A stretch of 64,000 nucleotides of DNA from an uncultured bacterium (GTDB lineage: Bacteria; Chloroflexota; UBA5177; JANWHV01). Made by a program: the position numbers and the translations under genes. The notes beneath the pieces were generated by a model. The model was not told the DNA's origin and did not search any database. It saw only the letters and a program-made list of their open reading frames with translations. Location: assembly GCA_963827235.1 (NCBI GenBank), contig CAWHAE010000017.1, forward strand, positions 32,001-96,000. The letters are read 5' to 3'. Shown one piece after another: positions 9,925 to 20,088 of this stretch (position 1 is its first letter; every line of letters begins with the position of its first letter).

Positions 9925-10405
9925 CCCGGCCGATGTCGCCGGCGCTCTGAACTGGTGGAATCCACGTGTAGGCGGTCCTGTTTTCACCGCCCGCGCGCTC
10001 CTCCGCTAGCCGCCAGTCCGGCTCGCGGTGGACGTGCGCCAGCTCGAAGCAGGGCGGGATCGTGTAGTCGTCGGCCATGCGCCGGCCGTAGAAGAGCTCC
10101 TGGCGCAGCCTCAGCTCCCACTCGCGCGCAATGCTATCGGTGCACTTGAGCGTGTCTGGCGGGAGGATCTCGCTCCAAGCGTTTCGTTGGAAGACCACGA
10201 TGAGGGGGCGTGCGGGCTCGAGGCGATTGTGGCGCCGCCACAGCTCCCGCTTCTCCAGCTCGGACGGCAGCGCCGCCAACCATGGCACATCCGCGGCCAA
10301 CGCCCGCAAGACCGCCCGATCCTGCACGCCGATATCCGGCTCCAGTGCAACCAGATCCGTCTCAACGATCAAGTCCGTTGCCGGCCTCTCAGCTATTCGC
10401 TCCAT
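9925..10405 (-). pseudogene. N-terminal fragment of a conserved hypothetical (URO-D-like-associated) protein
   Basis: DRAVLRALA...EKRELWRRHNRLEPARPLIVVF...W.EI...L.C....AREWE..LR is a recognisable N-terminus. It runs into the kinase remnant near 9925. Confidence 0.6.
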
Positions 10406-10487
10406 CCCCTACTCCTCACCTACCACGCACGGAAAGTGCTGGCCGGGTCGGCGGAAATCAATAGGGCTCGCAGTCGTCCGGCTCATA

Positions 10488-11537
10488 TTAGCGCTGGCAC
10501 GCGTCAGAAAGCAGCGCGACAACCCGGCGGGCCTCCTCCTCGTCGAGCACTGTGACTTCGAAGGCGATGTGGGCCGTCGGTGGCATGGCGGGTAGCCAAG
10601 ACGAGAGCGGCTCCTCCCAATTGTGCAACTGCGAAACGCACTCGGCAAAGTACGCTGCAGCTTCGTGCAGGATTCCTGGACGCTCCAGTCCGAAAAGATT
10701 GAGGAGACGTAGCCCGGGCAGGCGCCTGAAGTTAGCCCATTGGTGGTGGGCGTTGGCACAGCAGTGCACGCCAATGCCACCATAGCGGCCGGAGAGTCGC
10801 ACAAGTTCGGGCATGACGAGTGCTGCTCCCATCCGGGAACTTATCGCCCCGACTTCGTCGACGGATACGCTCACACCGCGCCGCAGGTAGTAGTGCGGAT
10901 AGTGCGCGACGCACTCCACACCATAGCGGCGAAACCACTCGTCGAGAAACGCCGTCACCAGTGCTTCCACCTTCGCCGTCAACTCCTGCACCGCGGCTGG
11001 GCAGTCAAGCAGCGCGGTGTAGAAGCTCTTCTTCTCCCACAGCAGAGCCGCGATGTCGAACGGCGACTGGATGTCAGGCAGGCGCATGACCGCCTGCGGA
11101 CCGGCTCGCCGGCGCAACTCGTCGGCGATGGCGAGGAGGCTGCCCAGTGGTTCGACGTCGATGGACGGCACTTGCACCGCCGCTACCTGCTCAGGGCTAT
11201 TGATCAGCGGCAGGGCAAACGGCATGTTGTCAGGCGGTCGAAACACATTGCAGCCGAATGCGGCGGCGAATATCTCCGTGCCCGAGTATGGGTCCAGGCA
11301 GGGAATTCTATCGTCGTCAAGCCAGGCCAGCCGATCCAACTCACGCAAGTAAGTGTTCCAGGCCCATTCGACCCGAGCTGGGATGTTGGAGGGCCATGGA
11401 TAAGGCCGGGCATTCAGCTCGCCGTCGAAGACAATAACCCACACCGGTGGGCATGGCGCGCGCATGTTCTGCAGTGTGTCCCAGCGCGCCTTCCGCTCCG
11501 AGATATGGTCGGAGCTGGTGATGCTGGCAGGACCCAT
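10488..11537 (-). CDS. Uroporphyrinogen decarboxylase/CIMS-like TIM-barrel protein
   Basis: GTEIFAAAFGC, PDIQSPFDIAALLW, SVDEVGAIS, HCCA metal-binding-like motif. Start is adjacent to the LLM stop. Confidence 0.72.
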   Translation of the reverse strand: MGPASITSSDHISERKARWDTLQNMRAPCPPVWVIVFDGELNARPYPWPSNIPARVEWAWNTYLRELDRLAWLDDDRIPCLDPYSGTEIFAAAFGCNVFRPPDNMPFALPLINSPEQVAAVQVPSIDVEPLGSLLAIADELRRRAGPQAVMRLPDIQSPFDIAALLWEKKSFYTALLDCPAAVQELTAKVEALVTAFLDEWFRRYGVECVAHYPHYYLRRGVSVSVDEVGAISSRMGAALVMPELVRLSGRYGGIGVHCCANAHHQWANFRRLPGLRLLNLFGLERPGILHEAAAYFAECVSQLHNWEEPLSSWLPAMPPTAHIAFEVTVLDEEEARRVVALLSDACQR

Positions 11538-11538
11538 G

Positions 11539-12417
11539 TTAGCCACCTGCGTGCAGACCGGTAGCCTCGGCGAACCGGCGGAGCGCCGCCAGGTGCATGG
11601 CCGGCGTAACAAAGCCGCATCCAGTGGTCTGCACTATGGCGTGGGAGGCGCCGACCGCCTGCCAGTCCTGCAAGAGCTTCTGCCACGCGGCAGGATCGCC
11701 TGTGCCATAGGGGATACGCGCCTCCAGTCCGACATCTGCCCGGCTGCGGCCCGCCTCCGCGAGGCAGCGGCCGAGCAGCGCGAGCCCGGGATCTGCTTCC
11801 TTGGCGCTGGTGTACAGAGGCATCCAGCCATCGCCCAGCCGTGCCACGCGACGTAGAGCCGCCTCGGACTGCCCGCCGAACCAGAGCGGGATAGGCCGCT
11901 GCACCGGGAGCGGACTGAACCCCGCATCGGGGATGGTGTGCCAATGGCCGTGGAAGCTCACCGACGCCTGGGTCCACAACTGGCGCAGGAGCTGCACTTG
12001 CTCCTCCACCCTGGTTGCTCTGGTGCGCATCTCCGAGCCCAGTGCGAGGTACTCATACTCGTTCCAGCCGAGGCCCACGCCAAGCCGCAGCCGGCCTCCG
12101 CTTAACACATCGAGGGTAGCGGCCTGCTTGGCTACCAGCACGGTCTGGCGCTCCGGCAACAGTAGCACCCAGGTGTTGAACCGCAGCGTCCGGGTCACCG
12201 CCGCCATGAAGCCGAAGAGCACGAGCGGCTCGTAGAACGGGGTCTTGTTGGTTACCCAGCCCGTCCAGCCGCCGGGCCGCTCCGGGTTGGGGCCGATGAC
12301 GTGGTCGTCGGCACCGACGTGGCTGAAGCCGAGCGCTTCGACGGTCTGAGCGTAGTCGCGTACGGCAACAGGATCGGTGCCGAACTCGACGTGGGGGAAC
12401 ACAACTCCGATCTGCAT
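11539..12417 (-). CDS. LLM-class (probably F420-dependent) oxidoreductase
   Basis: EALGFSHV..DHV, YEPLVLFGFMAAVT, LVAKQAATLDVLSGGRLRLGVGLGWNEYEY, RRVARLGDGW. Confidence 0.92.
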   Translation of the reverse strand: MQIGVVFPHVEFGTDPVAVRDYAQTVEALGFSHVGADDHVIGPNPERPGGWTGWVTNKTPFYEPLVLFGFMAAVTRTLRFNTWVLLLPERQTVLVAKQAATLDVLSGGRLRLGVGLGWNEYEYLALGSEMRTRATRVEEQVQLLRQLWTQASVSFHGHWHTIPDAGFSPLPVQRPIPLWFGGQSEAALRRVARLGDGWMPLYTSAKEADPGLALLGRCLAEAGRSRADVGLEARIPYGTGDPAAWQKLLQDWQAVGASHAIVQTTGCGFVTPAMHLAALRRFAEATGLHAGG

Positions 12418-12604
12418 GGCTGCTCCTCACGGTGTCTCGCGCGTGCCGCCTTGTTTCATACGGTACCCGGTGCATGGTAGCGCGGCAGGGCGGTGGCTGG
12501 TATCGCATGGTCATGGTTAGCACGCTCGAGGCATCAGGTAGTGATCGACGATTCAGCTGTCCAACTTAGCTGGAAATACGGCACATCCCTTTGATGGGCT
12601 CCGT

Positions 12605-13246
12605 TCACGCAAGTGGCAGGGTGAGCATCGTCAGCGAGCGCGCAGGAACGGTCGGGTCTACCTCGCGGACCCGCCGCGCAGTCTCCAGGGCCAGCTCCGC
12701 ATAGGCCACAGGACTTTTCTGCCCGATTTCCCAGCGCCCGTACATCTCGTTCCCGAGGTCCCAGATGGGAAAGCCGAACGGCTCGGGTACCCCATTGGTT
12801 GCACGGAGCCGGGTCAGCGTAGAGTCCTGTCGCGAATTGCAGTACTCCACCCAGTCGGCAGCCTCCTCCGGCGTGCCGTTGCCCAGGTTCAGACAGAAGG
12901 CAGGAACGGCACCTACGCGCCGACAGTAGTCCACAAACTCGTGCGTGCCGACCGCGTTGGTCTCGATCACGCGCCAGGCGCGATTGAACCGGACGGGGCG
13001 CGCCTCGCGAGGGCCGACGCCGTCGCGCCAGTGGTAGCCCGAGTCGAAGTTCCCGCCTGGGTAGCGCAACTGCGTGGGTGCCAACCCTCGTACCGCCTCG
13101 ATGGCATCGTGACGGAAGCCATCTTCAGCCGCGAGCAGTGATTCCGGATCATAACTACCGTCGCATACGCAGCGCGGCAGGTACCCGACAAAGCCCCCGA
13201 ACAGCAATGGGTCAATGCGGCCGATCGCGTGTACATGGTCAGCCAT
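12605..13246 (-). pseudogene. GH51 alpha-L-arabinofuranosidase with a large in-frame internal deletion
   Basis: LRYPGGNF..GYHWRDGVGPRE.RP, GTHEF, WDLGNEMYG.W are present, then the sequence jumps from VREVDPT to a C-terminal-like PARSLTML. About 213 aa versus ~500 typical. Confidence 0.85.
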
Positions 13247-13382
13247 GATGCTGGCCGTCCTGAAGGATGCCCTCCCAGGGTGGGTGGTCTGACATGTCCC
13301 AATTCTCTCTCTAGGGCAGATTCGATGCGGCGCTCTTGCAAGCGCACGGCGAATCTCCGGGCGTGCAGCAGGCACATGCCAC

Positions 13383-15809
13383 TCACGAGCCACGACTTGC
13401 CTCGACCGTGACTGCAGCTCCGGCCGGGAGGCACAGTAGCTGAGAGGAAGCCATGCTTTCGCCCATTGTCTGGCCAACTGGGCTGCGAACGACCATAGTG
13501 CGCAACTCGGCAGGGAATGTCACCATCAGGGTCTGGGCCTTGGCCGAACGGATCACGGCACGGGCAGAACCGCGATCCCATGCCAGGCTATCTACGACAA
13601 CCTGGCCACGACAGGCAATGCCCTCGATGGCACCGCGCTCCCACTGCTCCGGCAGCGCAGGCAGCAGGTCGAGCGAGCCGCGACTCGACTGGACCAGCAT
13701 CTCCGCGATCACTGCCGGGAGACCGCCGGCAAGATCGACGTTGAATATGGCATCCGGATCGTGCCTGGGCACCAGCGACGGGCGCCAATAGCGCGTGGCC
13801 AGCAGCTCGACGACTTCGTATGCGATGCTGGCCATGTGCAGGTGCGCCGCCGCGAGGCCGAGCTGCACGAGCCCGAAGGCCATTTCTCCGCCGTCCTGCT
13901 CGCGCCGCCACGCCATGCGCGCGAGCACGGCGCGGCGGCAGGCTCCGAGCAGATCCGGACACCTGGCGATCTCCGGGTCCACCTCGTACATCACCGGGTA
14001 GAGGTGAGAGGCGTGCCGGTGCGCCTGGTTCGGCTGCACACCCGGCCAGGCCCATTCCGCCAGCGTGCCGTCCTGGCTGATCGCATAGGCCGGCATCATG
14101 GTTAGCATCTCCAACCACCGTGGCACCTTGTCGGCATTGACATGCATCGTCTCGCTGGCCGCGATCAGACTGCGAAGCAGGTCCTTGGCCACCGCGATAT
14201 CCATCGTCGCGTTCACGCACGCCTGCGACGACGAGTTACCGGGGTTGTTCTCCGGCGAGTAGGACGGCGCGAAGATGTACCTGCGGTCGGGGCCCTCGAC
14301 GAGGAAATCCTCGTAGAACGCGGCGACTTCTTCCATGAAGGGCAGGGCATGTGCTGCCAGGAAGTCGTCATCGCCCGTGTACTGCCAGTAGTCGTAGAAG
14401 AATCGTGCAGCCCAACCCGCCCCGGCCGTCCAGAACTCGTGGCACCAAATCTGGTTGAAGTGGTTCTGCAGGCCGCGAGTGCTCGTGTGCGCCGGCAGGT
14501 GGATTCCACGACAGGCATACAGGCACCGCGCGTTCTCGCGCATGTCGTCAAGCAAGGATTCGAGATAGGAGAAGTACCCCTGCAACAGCTCCGGCGTACT
14601 TGTGCTCAACAGGCTGGCCAGCGCAGACTGGGTGTTGCCGTTGTGGACGAAGTGGCCAGACCACCCCAGGTCCCAGGTGGCCGTCCACACTCCCCGCAGT
14701 GTGGGCGGAAGGTCGCCGCAGCTGGAGATGATGCCGTAGCGGCCGGCATCGAATTCCTTCTCGAGCAGTGCCGGTCTCAGCCCGGCGTGCCGTGATAGCG
14801 CCAACAGCTCCTCCGAGGGCAGCCCGCGCTCGCGCTCACCGCCCAGATCCAGGCGCGATCGCGTGACCAGATCGGCGTGCACCGCTGTGTGCCTGGCGAG
14901 CAACCGCTCGAAGTCCGGCTCGACCCCGCGGAGCCTCTGCTGCAGATCGGAGAGCGGCAGCGCCGGTGTGCTGCTAACGTCGAGCGCGGCCAGGACGACG
15001 ACCTCGTCGGCACCTGTGACGACCACGCCCCGGCCATCGCTCTTCATCGCGCCGCCTGCGGCTATCACCCGCACGACCCCTGCATAGCCGCGGAGGCTGC
15101 CCGGCCACTCTCTGCGGAAGCGGCTACAGTAGCTGAGCATGTCGCGCGACACACCATACGTGACATCAGCGACGCCCTCGCTGAAGACCTGGTCGTTGTG
15201 CGACCCACTCGCGTCTGGTGGTGTGGCGGCCACCTGGATCGCCACATCGACCTGCCCGTGGCCGGGACCGTTGATGGCAAGCACGACCATGTCGTCGGGC
15301 CGGGAGGCGAACAGCCGCCGGGTGAACGGGCCTCTATCGTCGGCCCAGCGCACGGTGACGACGCCGGTGGTAAAGCATACCCCGCGACTACAGTGGCGGA
15401 TTGCGCCCGCTGCCGGCATTCGCAGACGCAGGTCGAAGCCCGGCACAAGCGGGTCGCTCCAGCGTAGAGCGAAGCCAGGCACGAGCGGGTCGCTCCCGGC
15501 CAGATCTTCGCCGTACCCCTCGCGCTCGGCTTCGGCCGCGATTTCGTCGGCGGCCGCCTGGTACTGTCCTGCCAGCAACCGGTCACGGATGTGTGCCAGG
15601 TGCTGCGCCATGTATACGGGAGGCAACGGCCGTTCCAGAGGCAGGAATAGCCGTTCGTGGCTGAGTGTGACGACTTCGTCCGCCGGGTCACAAGCAACCA
15701 ATGCACCTAGACGGCCGCTGCCGCTGATCAGTCGGTCTTCCCAGGATGATGCCGCTGTCTGGCTCCAGAAGCCGCGGTCGTCGGAGCACACGTCCCCATC
15801 CCTATTCAA
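13383..15809 (-). CDS. GH95 glycoside hydrolase (alpha-L-fucosidase/galactosidase family)
   Basis: WEDRLISGSGRLGA, GRYGIISS, NGN, PSYSPEN, HRHASHLY, FNVD, EMLVQS, LLPALPEQWERGAIEGI. The real start may be the GTG near 15791. Confidence 0.92.
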   Translation of the reverse strand: MNRDGDVCSDDRGFWSQTAASSWEDRLISGSGRLGALVACDPADEVVTLSHERLFLPLERPLPPVYMAQHLAHIRDRLLAGQYQAAADEIAAEAEREGYGEDLAGSDPLVPGFALRWSDPLVPGFDLRLRMPAAGAIRHCSRGVCFTTGVVTVRWADDRGPFTRRLFASRPDDMVVLAINGPGHGQVDVAIQVAATPPDASGSHNDQVFSEGVADVTYGVSRDMLSYCSRFRREWPGSLRGYAGVVRVIAAGGAMKSDGRGVVVTGADEVVVLAALDVSSTPALPLSDLQQRLRGVEPDFERLLARHTAVHADLVTRSRLDLGGERERGLPSEELLALSRHAGLRPALLEKEFDAGRYGIISSCGDLPPTLRGVWTATWDLGWSGHFVHNGNTQSALASLLSTSTPELLQGYFSYLESLLDDMRENARCLYACRGIHLPAHTSTRGLQNHFNQIWCHEFWTAGAGWAARFFYDYWQYTGDDDFLAAHALPFMEEVAAFYEDFLVEGPDRRYIFAPSYSPENNPGNSSSQACVNATMDIAVAKDLLRSLIAASETMHVNADKVPRWLEMLTMMPAYAISQDGTLAEWAWPGVQPNQAHRHASHLYPVMYEVDPEIARCPDLLGACRRAVLARMAWRREQDGGEMAFGLVQLGLAAAHLHMASIAYEVVELLATRYWRPSLVPRHDPDAIFNVDLAGGLPAVIAEMLVQSSRGSLDLLPALPEQWERGAIEGIACRGQVVVDSLAWDRGSARAVIRSAKAQTLMVTFPAELRTMVVRSPVGQTMGESMASSQLLCLPAGAAVTVEASRGS
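15434..15496. repeat. 36-bp-period in-frame tandem duplication inside the GH95 gene
   Basis: cgaagcccggcacaagcgggtcgctcc / cgaagccaggcacgagcgggtcgctcc encode SDPLVPGF twice. Confidence 0.85.
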
Positions 15810-16788
15810 GAAACGGCCCCGTGATAGCGATCCCAGCCGGTTGCGCCGGGCGGGCGCCAGTTACCGCCTTCTTGCGCCACGAGTACTGCGGCTCATAGCC
15901 CAGCCGTTGGCGCGCGTGCTCAATGCTGATCAGGAAGTCGTCGGGTCCCATGTTCGCCGTCATCGGAGCCAGCCCGGGATACAGTCGCCGCACTGCATCG
16001 CGTGGCGACTCGGCCGTTGTGCGATCGCTGGCCAGGAAGTATCGCTCATGCAGGTCCAAGCTGGGGGTTTCAATGGCAAGGCGGAATGCCTGCGCCGCGT
16101 CTCGACCGTCTACGTAAAGCCATCCGTCGAACGGAACGTCCGAGGCTCCGTTGGGCGTTTCCACCCGCTCGTGGAACCGCCGCGCGCTGTCGTCGCGATG
16201 CGCATAGTAGACGCCCATCAGGCGGAACGCCACCGTGCGCAGCCCATAGGCTCGGCTATAGGCGGCGAGCATCTCCTCGTTCAGAGCCTTTGAGACGCTG
16301 TATGAGTCCTCGGGCGCCAATGGATGATCCTCATCGATCGGGAGATAGCTGGGGTTCCAGGCGGCATCGCTGAGGCGAAACCCCAGGCCAAGCACGAAGA
16401 ACGTGCTGGCAAAGGCCACCACCTTCACTCCGGCGCTCCGCGCTGCCTCGAGGATGTAGTAAGTGCCGAGCGTGTTGACTCGGAATGTCTCGTCTTCCGG
16501 CAGTTTGGGCAAACCCGGGGGCGGGGATTTGAACATGGGATGGTCGGTCGGGAAGGGGATTGCGCCGACATGGCAAATCGCCTCGGCCGGCGCCGCGGCG
16601 ACCGCGGCGCGGCAGTCTTCCGCGCTGGTCAGCTCGCCCTGCACGAACGGCAGATCGGTGTGCCAGGGAACGGGCGCCTGCGAGGGTGCCAGGCGATCGA
16701 AAAGCGTGACATGGTGCCCGTGCTCAACCAGCTCCGAAGCGATACAGCGGCCGAGGTTGCCGGCGCCGCCTGTAACCAGCACCTTCAT
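15802..16788 (-). CDS. NAD-dependent epimerase/dehydratase (extended SDR)
   Basis: VLVTGGAGNLG, YSVSK (YxxxK), LPIDEDHP. Confidence 0.92.
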   Translation of the reverse strand: MKVLVTGGAGNLGRCIASELVEHGHHVTLFDRLAPSQAPVPWHTDLPFVQGELTSAEDCRAAVAAAPAEAICHVGAIPFPTDHPMFKSPPPGLPKLPEDETFRVNTLGTYYILEAARSAGVKVVAFASTFFVLGLGFRLSDAAWNPSYLPIDEDHPLAPEDSYSVSKALNEEMLAAYSRAYGLRTVAFRLMGVYYAHRDDSARRFHERVETPNGASDVPFDGWLYVDGRDAAQAFRLAIETPSLDLHERYFLASDRTTAESPRDAVRRLYPGLAPMTANMGPDDFLISIEHARQRLGYEPQYSWRKKAVTGARPAQPAGIAITGPFLE

Positions 16789-16840
16789 GCGTAACAGCTC
16801 TCCCTTCTCATCTCGACATTCGACTCGCGTCGACACATCA

Positions 16841-17689
16841 CTACCTGTTTGCTGAGGCCAGCCGGTCCAGATACCGCTTGCTAATTGCCGCTGCTTCCTT
16901 GGCCGCGCGCGGAGCTCGCGGCGTGCCGTCGAGCTCTACCATCCACCAGCCGCCGAAGCCGGCCGCTTCCAGCGTGTGCACGATGGCGGGCAGGTCGACG
17001 ACGCCGTCTCCGAGCGCTACGTAGTCCAAGTAGCCCGTGCGGTCGATCTCGTTGCCGTCGCTATCAAAGGTGATCTCGCCACCTACGTAGTCCTTGAGAT
17101 GGATGTGGCCAACCAGCTCCCGATACGTGCGCACGATCTCTACTGGGTCGCTCCCGCCTTTGGCGATCTGCCCGGTGTCGGGCGCCATAAGCACGACGCG
17201 TGGGTCAACGCCTGTCATCACCATATCGATCTGCTCACCGGTCTCGACGGGCGTGCCCGTGTGCGGGTGGAAGCAGACCTTCACACCCAGGTCGGCGCAG
17301 CGCAGGCCGATCAGGTCCAGGGTCTTGCACAGTCCGGCATACTCATCTCGGCTGTAGGCCGGCTTCGCGCTCGAATCGGCGCCGACCACGATCACGGTGC
17401 CGCCCAGGCTATGCACCTTCTCGGCCCAGGCGACCATCTTTGCCACGTCGCTCACTCTGGCGCCCGGCTCGATGAGACCGGCGGAACAGTAGGCGGCGGC
17501 CAGGTGCAGACTGTGCTCTGCCAGGTGCGCACGCAGGCCCTCGACACCACCAGGATAGGCGTCGATGACGAAGCCGAATAGCTCAATGCCTCGGTAGCCG
17601 AGGCTCGCGACGTCCTGCATCGCCTGGTGCGCCCCTTCGGGAGTGAAGGGCCAGGTGATCGCGGTATGGCCCACCTTGCTCATGTCCAC
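16841..17689 (-). CDS. Sugar phosphate isomerase/epimerase, IolE/xylose-isomerase-like TIM barrel
   Basis: FHPHTGTPVE, PDTGQIAKGG, HIHLKD, LGDGVVD, WMVELD. Confidence 0.9.
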   Translation of the reverse strand: MDMSKVGHTAITWPFTPEGAHQAMQDVASLGYRGIELFGFVIDAYPGGVEGLRAHLAEHSLHLAAAYCSAGLIEPGARVSDVAKMVAWAEKVHSLGGTVIVVGADSSAKPAYSRDEYAGLCKTLDLIGLRCADLGVKVCFHPHTGTPVETGEQIDMVMTGVDPRVVLMAPDTGQIAKGGSDPVEIVRTYRELVGHIHLKDYVGGEITFDSDGNEIDRTGYLDYVALGDGVVDLPAIVHTLEAAGFGGWWMVELDGTPRAPRAAKEAAAISKRYLDRLASANR

Positions 17690-17821
17690 GAGAGGTCCTC
17701 CCCCACTACTCGGCGGTCGCCGCTTGTCGCTGCCATGATCGCGTCTCCTCTGCCCGGTCCGCCTGCGTGACGAGTGCCAGCCGCATCCAGCGTCTGGAGG
17801 CAGGTGGCACGGCGGTCGACG

Positions 17822-18724
17822 CTAGGCTGAGACGTAGGCGGAAAGGTTGGCGCGCAGGTAGGCGAAGCTGGTGCGGAACGCTTCCATAATCGCCTCGGCC
17901 CTGGTGCCCCTTGTCGGGCGCGGCATCCAGCCGGTCTCGACGATCAACGGCAGATCCCGGCCGCGCGGGCTCTGCTTTACCAGGAGCTCCACGGTCGCGA
18001 CGATGTCGACGTTGCCCTCGCCCAAGGCGCAGCCAATGGGCAGGAACGGCACGCGATCGTCGTCGGGGGTGAGGGCGATCTCGTCACGGAACTCCACGAC
18101 CTTCATGTCTTTCAGATGGGTGGTTACCGTGAGCGGAGCAAGGGCAAGGGCATCCTCCATGGGGTCGCAGAGAACTGTATACGCGTTGCCGGTGTCCAGG
18201 GCCGCCCCGACTGCCGACGACTCCGTGGCCCGGAGCACAGAGGCCAGCTCCTTGCCGCTGAAGTCGCAGTGGTTCTCCACCGCGATGACCAGGCCGCGTT
18301 CCTGGGCAAGCTCGGCCGCCTGGCGCAGGCTGGCCGTCAGTCGATCCAGGTGCGCCTGGACAGGGATATCCTTGTTGAAGCGGCTGGTCACCTTTCGAAG
18401 CCGGCCGTAGCCCGTGTGCACAATGGAGCCGCCCAGGTCGAGCGCCGCATCGAGGCTGCGGATCAGATCGGCGCGTGCCTCGCTACTCTTGGGCTCCTCG
18501 TCGGACAGGCCAAACACGCCGGCGACCCAGCACTCTAGCTCAATACCCTTGCCGTCGGCGAACTCGCGCAAGCGCTTGCGCTCATCCTGGTCAAAGTGCC
18601 AGGCCATCACGCCAGTGATCTGGCCACCCAGATCGGCTACCTTCTGGATCTGGTAATACGCGGCCTCTGCCGGCTTGACGTATTCCGGTACGGGCACGCC
18701 CACGCATCCGATTTTCATCGTCAC
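17822..18724 (-). CDS. Sugar phosphate isomerase/epimerase (AP-endonuclease-2 TIM barrel)
   Basis: IAVENHCD, LDTGN, THLKD, LGEGNVD, IVE metal-ligand motifs. Confidence 0.9.
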   Translation of the reverse strand: MTMKIGCVGVPVPEYVKPAEAAYYQIQKVADLGGQITGVMAWHFDQDERKRLREFADGKGIELECWVAGVFGLSDEEPKSSEARADLIRSLDAALDLGGSIVHTGYGRLRKVTSRFNKDIPVQAHLDRLTASLRQAAELAQERGLVIAVENHCDFSGKELASVLRATESSAVGAALDTGNAYTVLCDPMEDALALAPLTVTTHLKDMKVVEFRDEIALTPDDDRVPFLPIGCALGEGNVDIVATVELLVKQSPRGRDLPLIVETGWMPRPTRGTRAEAIMEAFRTSFAYLRANLSAYVSA

Positions 18725-18727
18725 CCC

Positions 18728-20050
18728 CTACTGCCTGTTACCGACAAACGAGGTCACGCTCTCGCAGGCGAGCTCGGCGGCGAAAACGCCGCTTCGTACG
18801 GGTACGGCGGCAAGTTGCGCGAGGTCTTCCTCGCGCGACGTGCGAAACGGCACCACGTCGATCACGGCAGGGGACTCATCCAGGCGAAACTCGACGGCTG
18901 CCGGCAAGGATCCCTTGTTCACGGCAACGATGACGAAGGCATCGCCTGTCCCAGCTCTGTACGCCGTGACGAGAACGCCCTCGTCCGGCTCCGGAGTGGC
19001 CTCGATACGAGTCCACCCGGGCCGGACGAATCGACTGTAGTTGCCGATCACATACGTCGTCTTGAGCACCTTGTAGGTTTGCGCCTGCAGGTCGAGCTGG
19101 ATCAAGCCACCACCCTGCTTCGCCTTGCACGAGGCTAGCCACCAATAGTGCCAGGCGTTTACCCCGGTGATGGTTAGGTGCTCGTGGATCATCGTTGCGA
19201 TACGCAGCGCGTCCGTTATCGTCCAATCGCCCTCGCTTTCCGCGCAAACTTCTGTCTGCCAGATCCGCTTGCCGTGCGTCTTTGACCGTGGAAACGCGTT
19301 CTTGCCGTAGTCGTATGCGTGCGTCCCGACGATGTCGAAAGCCTCGCGGGCTCCCCGGTCCTCGAGGGCTTCGATTGCGTACTCCTCGCTTAGCTTGGTC
19401 ATCTCGGGCAGGATCACCTTCGCGGTGACTCGATCCCTGGCCAGCGCTGGCGCGAGATGATCCTTGACGAAGTCCCGGAGCTGCGCGCCGGTCCACCGGC
19501 ACGAGGAATAGCCAATCGTCAGATCGGGCTCGTTGGTTGGCGAGATCGCGTAGATGTCCAGCCCGTGGTGCTCCTTGTAGCCTGTCACGTAGCGGGACAG
19601 GTAGTCTGCGAATGCTTGGTACTTGTCCTCTCGCAGCTCACCGCCGTCGATGACGCAGTTATTGGTCTTCATCCATGCTGGAGGGCTCCAGGCGGTGCTC
19701 ATGAAGCGGGTGCATCCGCGCAGCGCCGCTTCGCGCATGAGCGTTATCTGCTCCTCGTCGCCCGTCCAGCTCCAGACCCCTTCGCTTGGCTCGATGCTGG
19801 CAGTGGGGCCATCGATCGCGTCTCCCCAGACGCCGCCGTCGCCCACGATATTTCGCACGATGCTCAGCCCGATGCCGCGCTCCCGCGAGAACAGCAGGTC
19901 CAGCATGGAAGAGCGCGCCGGTTCCGGATAGTGCAATATGTGTCCGCCCTGGTGGAATGCGCCGCTGGCGCCGAACCCGTCTATCTCCTGACGCTTCTCG
20001 TGCCACCGCACGCTGCAGCACGCCCCATCGACTCGCCTGTCCTCGGCCAT
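18728..20050 (-). CDS. GH30 glycoside hydrolase (xylanase-like)
   Basis: QEIDGFGASGA, GLSIVR, AWSPPAWMK, NEP acid/base, WQTE nucleophile, NYSRFVRPG. Confidence 0.9.
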   Translation of the reverse strand: MAEDRRVDGACCSVRWHEKRQEIDGFGASGAFHQGGHILHYPEPARSSMLDLLFSRERGIGLSIVRNIVGDGGVWGDAIDGPTASIEPSEGVWSWTGDEEQITLMREAALRGCTRFMSTAWSPPAWMKTNNCVIDGGELREDKYQAFADYLSRYVTGYKEHHGLDIYAISPTNEPDLTIGYSSCRWTGAQLRDFVKDHLAPALARDRVTAKVILPEMTKLSEEYAIEALEDRGAREAFDIVGTHAYDYGKNAFPRSKTHGKRIWQTEVCAESEGDWTITDALRIATMIHEHLTITGVNAWHYWWLASCKAKQGGGLIQLDLQAQTYKVLKTTYVIGNYSRFVRPGWTRIEATPEPDEGVLVTAYRAGTGDAFVIVAVNKGSLPAAVEFRLDESPAVIDVVPFRTSREEDLAQLAAVPVRSGVFAAELACESVTSFVGNRQ

Positions 20051-20088
20051 TCCGTCATCCCCTCAGCTGGACGAGCCATTCGTCTACA

